From an uncultured virus (IMG/VR IMGVR_UViG_3300030330_002808) (lineage: Duplodnaviria; Heunggongvirae; Uroviricota; Caudoviricetes), in the IMG/VR virus record IMGVR_UViG_3300030330_002808, positions 1-64,000 of that record: a stretch of DNA of 64,000 bases; one strand, written 5' to 3'. The translations under genes were made by a program, and so were the position numbers. Of the stretch, positions 57,941-64,000 are shown piece by piece; position 1 is the first letter of the stretch, and the number at the start of each line of letters is the position of its first letter. Under the pieces are notes generated by a model. The model was not told the DNA's origin. It searched no databases and saw only the letters and a program-made list of their open reading frames with translations.

Positions 57941-58117
57941 CTACATATGATTAGAAAGTACAGCTAAAAGAATTGCACCCATAGCGCATATAATAAATTT
58001 TTCCATTCTAGCTATTCTTGCTTCCATTCTATCAATTCTTTCGAATGTTTGTTTTTGCATGTACCTGCAAATTCTTTCATGATGTTCTATTTTTTGTAAC
58101 GCTGATTTTTTAGCCAC
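57941..58117 (-). CDS. small coiled-coil membrane protein
   Basis: HERIC...coiled coil plus C-terminal transmembrane segment. GTG start after AAGGAG. Confidence 0.6.
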   Translation of the reverse strand: MAKKSALQKIEHHERICRYMQKQTFERIDRMEARIARMEKFIICAMGAILLAVLSNHM

Positions 58118-61100
58118 GTGTTCTCCTTTGTGCAATTAATTGACTTAAATTGTCATCAGGAAATAAACCTGCAACTTGTTGTTGTGTCACTTGTCCGGTG
58201 TTCGGTGGTGTTGGTGCTTGAGGTTGTGGTTGTTGAACAGGATTTTCTAACTCAAGATCTTCTGTTATCAAACCTCTTTCATCACCCTCAATTTGTTTTT
58301 CTTGCTCTTCTGTATCAGCTTCATTTATCGTTGCTTGTCTTAGAAATGTTACTGCATCATTATCTATGTCGATATTACCAGATGTACCAGAATAATCTTG
58401 CGCAAACATAGTTTCAAAGTTTTCTTTAGGTATTGTGTTCTCATCATAAATAGGATCTGGAACTTTACTATCTAATTGTAATAGTCTATCAGTAATCTCC
58501 TCAGGGGTAACATCTTGTGCACGAACTCTTGGTACATCAGAATCGTTTTCATGTAAGTAATTCATTATTCTTGCAAATGCCTCTCGCTTTTGTGTTAGAC
58601 CTAATCTACCCACTACACTTGGTGTCTGTGCTACATTAGCTATAGTTTGTATATCTCTTCCTTTAAAATATCTTCTACCTATACCAAGAACTCCAGGCAC
58701 ACCATCTCCTAATTTTTTTCCCATAAGTACACTTATTTGTTCTTCAGGATTTAGAGCATCATTCCAAGCTCTCATTGCAACAGGATCAGTAAGTATTTGA
58801 CCCGCTCTTCTTGCTAATAAAATAAATAAAGCAGGTGCAAAAGGGTTTACTGCTGCAGATCCTCCTAAAACTAATGTACCAGTTAAAGAGTTTAATCCAC
58901 CTAATTGAAATCTTCTTTGCATAAAGGTAGATGTATCTGCTATTGGTGTATCTGAAACAGCTTTCATATAAGTTATAAATCTTTCAAACTCTTGAGCGTT
59001 TTTTCTACCACCTAAAATTGTAATTAATTTTTCTCTTGCAACATCGTCTGTGATGTCACCAATGCCAAGTTTATTTAAAAAAGTATTAATTTGAAAACCA
59101 GCTGTATCTCTTGGACTAAATCTAATTTTTGTTGCATCAAATATTCCATCTCCTCTTCTTACTTTATCAATACTAAAATCTAAAACTTCATCTGTTCCGA
59201 TTCGTTTTTGAACCATAGACTCCATAACATCCACAGTGCCATTTACACCGGCTTTTACAGCAGAATCATTCATTATTTCATCTAACATTTTTTGACCAGC
59301 AGGAGATCTTGATGACTCAAAGCTTTTAATAAATGAATTCCACATCCACCTTGCTTTTGATGCATTATATAAAGCTTGTCCTCCACCTTTTGTTATTCCA
59401 ATCTGTGCACCTGTTTTTTTGGATACAATTCTATCTGCACCTATTATTTGTCTAAATTGTTTAATTGCTGTGCTATCACCGTGTGTAAACACATCGTTTG
59501 CAAGATCATTAAAAAATCTTTGTGCTTTTTTTCTTTCTATACCACCAATGCCTGCTAAAGCTTTGTTGGTAAATTTTGTTGCATCGTATTTTCTAAATAC
59601 ACCTGTTATACCTGCACGTTGGTAAAAATTCATTAAAGTAGCAAAAACATCATTAGCTCTATATAATTGATCCTTTAATTTTTCGGATTCTTTTAAAATA
59701 AAATTTAAGTCTGCATCAGCTGCAGCTTTACCAGATGTTTTAATTAAATTTTCATAACCCTCTTTAAATAATTCATCTTTCATAAAAGTTTCTTTTGTAA
59801 TTTTACTACCAAATGCGTTTAAATCATTCTCTAATGCTTCTCTTATTGACCATAGTGTAGGTCTTATGTTTTGATATGTTGTGCCCTCTATAGCTCTATT
59901 AAGAGTAGTAATTAATCCTTTATATTCTGTAGGTGTAATAAATTCATCTACGCTGTTTGCATACCTCATAAAATTTGCAAGTGGATCACCTATGTTTGTA
60001 AGTTTAGCAATATCTTTAACAGGAAGTGCTCCTAATGCGTCCTCCGCATATGCTCTTAGTTGTGGAAACTGTGCCTTTAAACCCTCTATATATTCTGCAG
60101 TTACCTCTTTTAATTTAGTGGTTGGTATCACTCTTGGGTTTCTAATTGTATTTGCTAGAGTTTCAAATCCTCTGTAAGATGAATTAATTAAAGCAGAGTT
60201 TGCTTTGAAAGCTTCATCAGCTTGTTTAATGATAGAAGCAGATAAAAGGCCAGTTTTTACTAACGGTCCATAATTTAAAACACTATTGTTTAAATACTCT
60301 CTACCTGCTTTTTGTTCTGCACCTTGTAAAGCCTCCTTACCAATTCCTGAAATAAATGGAAATATACCGACAACTTTAAAAAAACTTTTTGAAAAACCAC
60401 CTAATAAACCTACGTTTTCTCTTGCCGTCATAACCAATGGTAATGGTAAACCTTTTTCTCTTGCTATATTAACTAATTCTTTGGAGTCTGGTGATTTAGC
60501 ACCAATAGATAATCTAGCAACCTTACCCAATCCCTTAAATATAAATGGAGTAAGTGTTGCAGCCCCTGCATTCCATGCTAATGCCGTAAATGTTGCGTCC
60601 ATAGCATTTGATAGCATGTTAGTGTTAACTTCTCTTGGGGTTTGATCTTTTAAATCTTGTTGGATCGCGTCCATGGCGTAAACACCTGCTGTTTCATTTA
60701 ACATATCATACGTTATAGATCCTGCCCCAGCACCAACAGATCCACCTAATACAGACATAATTTCTGTTCTGCCTAGAGGACTGTTTACTATTCTACCTAT
60801 TGTTGGATCGGCAGCTTTTGCTAAAACTTTTAGAGCACCTCCAAACAATTTAAATCTACCTGGTAATCTATTAGTTAAATTATCAGCCATATTTTTAAAT
60901 TTATTTGTTCTTGCAAAAAGACCTGTATATTTATTACCTGGTATTTTTGATTTTGCTTCACTAAATATTTTTTTTCTTTGTGTAACATAAGGTGTTATAC
61001 TTCCAATTAAATCACCTGCTAGTATAGCCTCACTTCTACCATCTAATTTGCTTTGCTCTTGTTGTAGTCTTACACCTATTGGATTTTCTTGTGCTGCTTT

Positions 61101-61280
61101 TAGAGTTTGCACATCCCTAGTCGCTCCGGCCCTTTCTTGTATAATTTGATCTGTCTTTGGACCTTTTATTAAACCTTTATCAATTGCAGTATCAACTAAA
61201 TTTCTTTGTCTTTGATTTAATTTTAATGGATCAAAAGTTTTATTTTGAATCGCTGTTTCAATTTCTTTTAAAGTTGCCAT
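58110..61280 (-). CDS. large putative ejection protein, copy B (1056 aa)
   Basis: Size, Gly/Ala-rich hydrophobic segments and C-terminal motif shared with 4..3051. Confidence 0.6.
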   Translation of the reverse strand: MATLKEIETAIQNKTFDPLKLNQRQRNLVDTAIDKGLIKGPKTDQIIQERAGATRDVQTLKAAQENPIGVRLQQEQSKLDGRSEAILAGDLIGSITPYVTQRKKIFSEAKSKIPGNKYTGLFARTNKFKNMADNLTNRLPGRFKLFGGALKVLAKAADPTIGRIVNSPLGRTEIMSVLGGSVGAGAGSITYDMLNETAGVYAMDAIQQDLKDQTPREVNTNMLSNAMDATFTALAWNAGAATLTPFIFKGLGKVARLSIGAKSPDSKELVNIAREKGLPLPLVMTARENVGLLGGFSKSFFKVVGIFPFISGIGKEALQGAEQKAGREYLNNSVLNYGPLVKTGLLSASIIKQADEAFKANSALINSSYRGFETLANTIRNPRVIPTTKLKEVTAEYIEGLKAQFPQLRAYAEDALGALPVKDIAKLTNIGDPLANFMRYANSVDEFITPTEYKGLITTLNRAIEGTTYQNIRPTLWSIREALENDLNAFGSKITKETFMKDELFKEGYENLIKTSGKAAADADLNFILKESEKLKDQLYRANDVFATLMNFYQRAGITGVFRKYDATKFTNKALAGIGGIERKKAQRFFNDLANDVFTHGDSTAIKQFRQIIGADRIVSKKTGAQIGITKGGGQALYNASKARWMWNSFIKSFESSRSPAGQKMLDEIMNDSAVKAGVNGTVDVMESMVQKRIGTDEVLDFSIDKVRRGDGIFDATKIRFSPRDTAGFQINTFLNKLGIGDITDDVAREKLITILGGRKNAQEFERFITYMKAVSDTPIADTSTFMQRRFQLGGLNSLTGTLVLGGSAAVNPFAPALFILLARRAGQILTDPVAMRAWNDALNPEEQISVLMGKKLGDGVPGVLGIGRRYFKGRDIQTIANVAQTPSVVGRLGLTQKREAFARIMNYLHENDSDVPRVRAQDVTPEEITDRLLQLDSKVPDPIYDENTIPKENFETMFAQDYSGTSGNIDIDNDAVTFLRQATINEADTEEQEKQIEGDERGLITEDLELENPVQQPQPQAPTPPNTGQVTQQQVAGLFPDDNLSQLIAQRRTRG

Positions 61281-63508
61281 TATAATTGTACTCCTTGTAA
61301 ACCTTCCTCAATTTCCGCAGGAGTGAAATCTTTAAACAACGTTTGTGGAACTGCACCTTGACCAAAAGTTTCAAATTCAGCTAATTTTCTTAATCGTAAA
61401 ATAGTTGCTTCTAGTCCACCAGCTTCTCTATATAATGATTCTGTTCTTCTAATATCAGATTCAAGTTGTTGACCTATCGCTTTGATAGACGCTTCAACAT
61501 CCTTAGAAGATCTTCTTAAAGAAAATATGTTAACAATTTCTCTTGCAGCATTAATATCTCTTTGGGTCAATCTATCTTGATCTTTAAAGGTGTTAGCAAG
61601 TGCATAAACTAAAGTTGTCTCTTGTACGGCTAATTTTTCTTGCTCTTCTCTACTTAATCCTGAGAATAAACCTCTTTTTTTCAATCTATCTCTAGCTGCT
61701 TTAAGTAAGCTATCTTTATCTATTTCTTCTCTAGCTTTTTCTTTTTCTTTGTCACTTAAATCAGATCTTTCAATAGCTTGTAATTCACGTTGATAATATT
61801 GATCTAATTTAGATTGAAGTTGAGATTCTGTTAAAGTTGATATATCATCCATTACATTAGCTCCTGCTAATTCTTTAACAACTCCCGTAAATCTTCTTAC
61901 AAATGTGTCAACAGTTAATGCAGCACCAGCTTTTGGTTTTTCTCCTTGCATATCTTCTTGACCAAGAGTTTTCAAAACATCACGAGTTACAGATAATGCA
62001 TTATATCTATTACCTAAAATATCTTGTAGATCAAAAAGTCTAGCACCTAAGTCTTTTTGAGACTTAAAGTCCTCAAAAGATCCTAGAACGTTACCATTTG
62101 AATCAACAATATTACCTTGTTGTTGAATTGGAATTAAAACTTCTCTGCCGTCTGCTCCTAATCCACCAAATAAATAAGCAGTTCCATCTTTTCCAAAAAC
62201 ACCTCTATAATTTTTCAATACGCCATCTTCGCCTCTTATTTGTATTACACCTCTATCATCTATATCAGGTCTAGCCGCTCCTTGATTAATAAATTCCATG
62301 TGCTCTAATGCAGCGTTTAATGATGTTTCTCTTCTTCTAGCTCTTAACTCACCTTCCTTTAATTTAACAGTGACCATATTGTTTACTGCAGGGCCAAGTG
62401 CTTGACCAAATACTTCTAAAGCACCTCCAATACCACCTCTTGTAGTTGTACCTGTTAATAATCCAGATGCTAGATTAGATAAAAATATTAATTTTGCTTG
62501 TGAACTTTGACCTTTATTTAATTCATCAAAATACTGTCTTGCTAATTTTATGTTTTGATTAAATACTGGATCATCCGATGCACCACCAGTTTGAATTGTG
62601 TTCGCTGTAGATTTATTAATATCTTTAGTAGCTGCCTTTTCTATTGTGGTTTTAGGTTGTTTTGGTTGTTCAACCTCTGCAACTGCTACTTTAACTTGAT
62701 CTCTAGGGTCAGGTAGATTTGGGCCTATCGTATCGCCTTGTATTTTATTTAAATCTGCCTCTCCTGCACCTGCATATTGTTGATCAGCAAGTTGGTCTTG
62801 TGGTCCCATATCCTGTAAACTTTTATCTCTTCCTTTAAAACCTGGTCTACCTGCACCTGGACTAGCTTGCGTTGCTATTTTTGTTGTCTCTTTTTTCTTT
62901 GGTTTTGGCACAAAATTACCTAACAAATCTTGTTCACTTACATCAGCTTCTCCACCTAATGCTCTTGCTCTATTTAATCTTTTAAATTCAGCTAACTCTG
63001 CAGGACTCATAGCTTTGATTCTTTTTCTTTCGTCAATACCGGCTTTTATTCTATTTTGTATTCCATAAAGAGTTCCTAAACCTACCAAAGTAGGAATTGC
63101 ACCAATTGAGCCTACTGCAAGACCTGGTAATGCTCTCGCTGCTGCTACTGAACCTAAAGTTTGTAATCCAACTCTACCAACATTAAATCCCGGATCCATA
63201 CCAAAAGCATCAGCAACTTTATCACCTGCTTGAAAACCCACAGAAACTGGTATGCTAAAAGCCTCTTTTAGTAAACGAGCAGATGGTCTTACTGAAAGTC
63301 TTTCTAAAAAACTAGGAGGCTTTCTTAAAGCTGGGACTTGTGGTGAAGTTCTTGGTTGCCCTACCATAATCCCAGTATTACTAGTTACAGCAGGTGGTGA
63401 GAAAGGCATAGGACCAATAAACCTGCCATCAAAAGCCTTAATAGGTTTTATGTACCCTTTTTTTAGGGCAGCTTTTCTAAATAAAGGTCTGTTTAATACT
63501 TTGTTCAT
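61280..63508 (-). CDS. putative middle ejection protein, copy B (742 aa)
   Basis: N-terminus shared with 3055..4407. Confidence 0.55.
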   Translation of the reverse strand: MNKVLNRPLFRKAALKKGYIKPIKAFDGRFIGPMPFSPPAVTSNTGIMVGQPRTSPQVPALRKPPSFLERLSVRPSARLLKEAFSIPVSVGFQAGDKVADAFGMDPGFNVGRVGLQTLGSVAAARALPGLAVGSIGAIPTLVGLGTLYGIQNRIKAGIDERKRIKAMSPAELAEFKRLNRARALGGEADVSEQDLLGNFVPKPKKKETTKIATQASPGAGRPGFKGRDKSLQDMGPQDQLADQQYAGAGEADLNKIQGDTIGPNLPDPRDQVKVAVAEVEQPKQPKTTIEKAATKDINKSTANTIQTGGASDDPVFNQNIKLARQYFDELNKGQSSQAKLIFLSNLASGLLTGTTTRGGIGGALEVFGQALGPAVNNMVTVKLKEGELRARRRETSLNAALEHMEFINQGAARPDIDDRGVIQIRGEDGVLKNYRGVFGKDGTAYLFGGLGADGREVLIPIQQQGNIVDSNGNVLGSFEDFKSQKDLGARLFDLQDILGNRYNALSVTRDVLKTLGQEDMQGEKPKAGAALTVDTFVRRFTGVVKELAGANVMDDISTLTESQLQSKLDQYYQRELQAIERSDLSDKEKEKAREEIDKDSLLKAARDRLKKRGLFSGLSREEQEKLAVQETTLVYALANTFKDQDRLTQRDINAAREIVNIFSLRRSSKDVEASIKAIGQQLESDIRRTESLYREAGGLEATILRLRKLAEFETFGQGAVPQTLFKDFTPAEIEEGLQGVQL

Positions 63509-63516
63509 AGTGCATC

Positions 63517-64000
63517 TTAGTTAGGTTGCATTCCTTGGAAAGCTGTGAATGCACCTAAACCAGCTCCAATAGATTGTGCTAATGGACTTGGTTGCGGAGC
63601 AGTTGTTGCAGTTATTCCAGATTGCGATTTTGGTCCAGCAGCATAAATGTTAGATAAAAATTCTGCTCGTTGATAAGGTTCAAAAGCCTGTTGTAATTCT
63701 GTTTGTCTTTGAGCATCTAAAGCTTGTTGAGCAAGTTGTCTTTGTAATCCACCTGCACCAAGCATTGTTGCAATATCTTGACCGGCCATTGCTTGTTGCA
63801 CTTGTCCTGCACCTAATAACTGTTGGCCTGCACTTAAACCCACACGTTGCTGATCTTGAGCTGCACCTAATGCACGATCAAAACCTTGTTGTCTAGCCTG
63901 CCCTATTTGACCTAATATTCTATTCTGTAATTCAGCTTGTTGAACACCTTCTCTTCCACCACCAAAAGCTCCTGCTCTTACAGCTTGTGCAGCCAATTGA
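63517..64000 (-). CDS. small ejection protein, copy B (5' truncated by the window edge)
   Basis: Frame open to the edge. GAFGGGREGVQQAELQ and LAQSxGAGLGAF shared with 4408..5247. Confidence 0.7.
   Translation of the reverse strand, partial: QLAAQAVRAGAFGGGREGVQQAELQNRILGQIGQARQQGFDRALGAAQDQQRVGLSAGQQLLGAGQVQQAMAGQDIATMLGAGGLQRQLAQQALDAQRQTELQQAFEPYQRAEFLSNIYAAGPKSQSGITATTAPQPSPLAQSIGAGLGAFTAFQGMQPN

Noticed and set aside
422..63524. Numerous plus-strand ORFs antisense to long genes (e.g. 1382..1786, 17394..17753, 23383..23712, 36206..36544, 60286..60645)
   Set aside because: These are shadow ORFs nested opposite well-supported genes, with no recognisable motifs.
63517..64000. Similarity to 4408..5247 as a terminal repeat or assembly duplication
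   Set aside because: There are many nucleotide and amino-acid differences, and the adjacent genes differ greatly in length.

Overview
This AT-rich window is a nearly complete, probably circularly permuted genome of a lytic podovirus-like dsDNA phage. From recalled family knowledge (not a database search), its major capsid protein, Leu762-type PolA and gene order resemble HTVC023P / vSAG 37-F6-like pelagiphages. Most genes lie on the minus strand. They comprise a replication block (exonuclease, SNF2 helicase, primase, UvrD-like helicase, PolA), an early and non-coding control region (about 39.4-48.7 kb) that separates terS from terL, head genes (portal, GroES, scaffold, MCP), an M15 endolysin, tail genes, two glycosyltransferases and eight 2OG-Fe(II) oxygenases. 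I found no integrase, RNA polymerase, tRNA or CRISPR array. The main candidates are: (1) two diverged, probably tandem triplets of ejection proteins; (2) a prfB-like +1 frameshift cassette (AGGGGG-CAA-CTT-CGG-C) joining two halves of a membrane protein; (3) a GC-rich hairpin whose loop is antisense to a leader/RBS shared by several early genes, plus two other anti-SD elements; (4) a promoter-defined double-pseudoknot 5' leader upstream of a virion gene; (5) two repeat arrays (CGAGAACGAG; TAGGGACACC inside a 15-bp inverted repeat); and (6) basic modular proteins punctuated by x-x-x-G-G motifs. All functional interpretations come from reading the sequence by eye and need computational or experimental checks.
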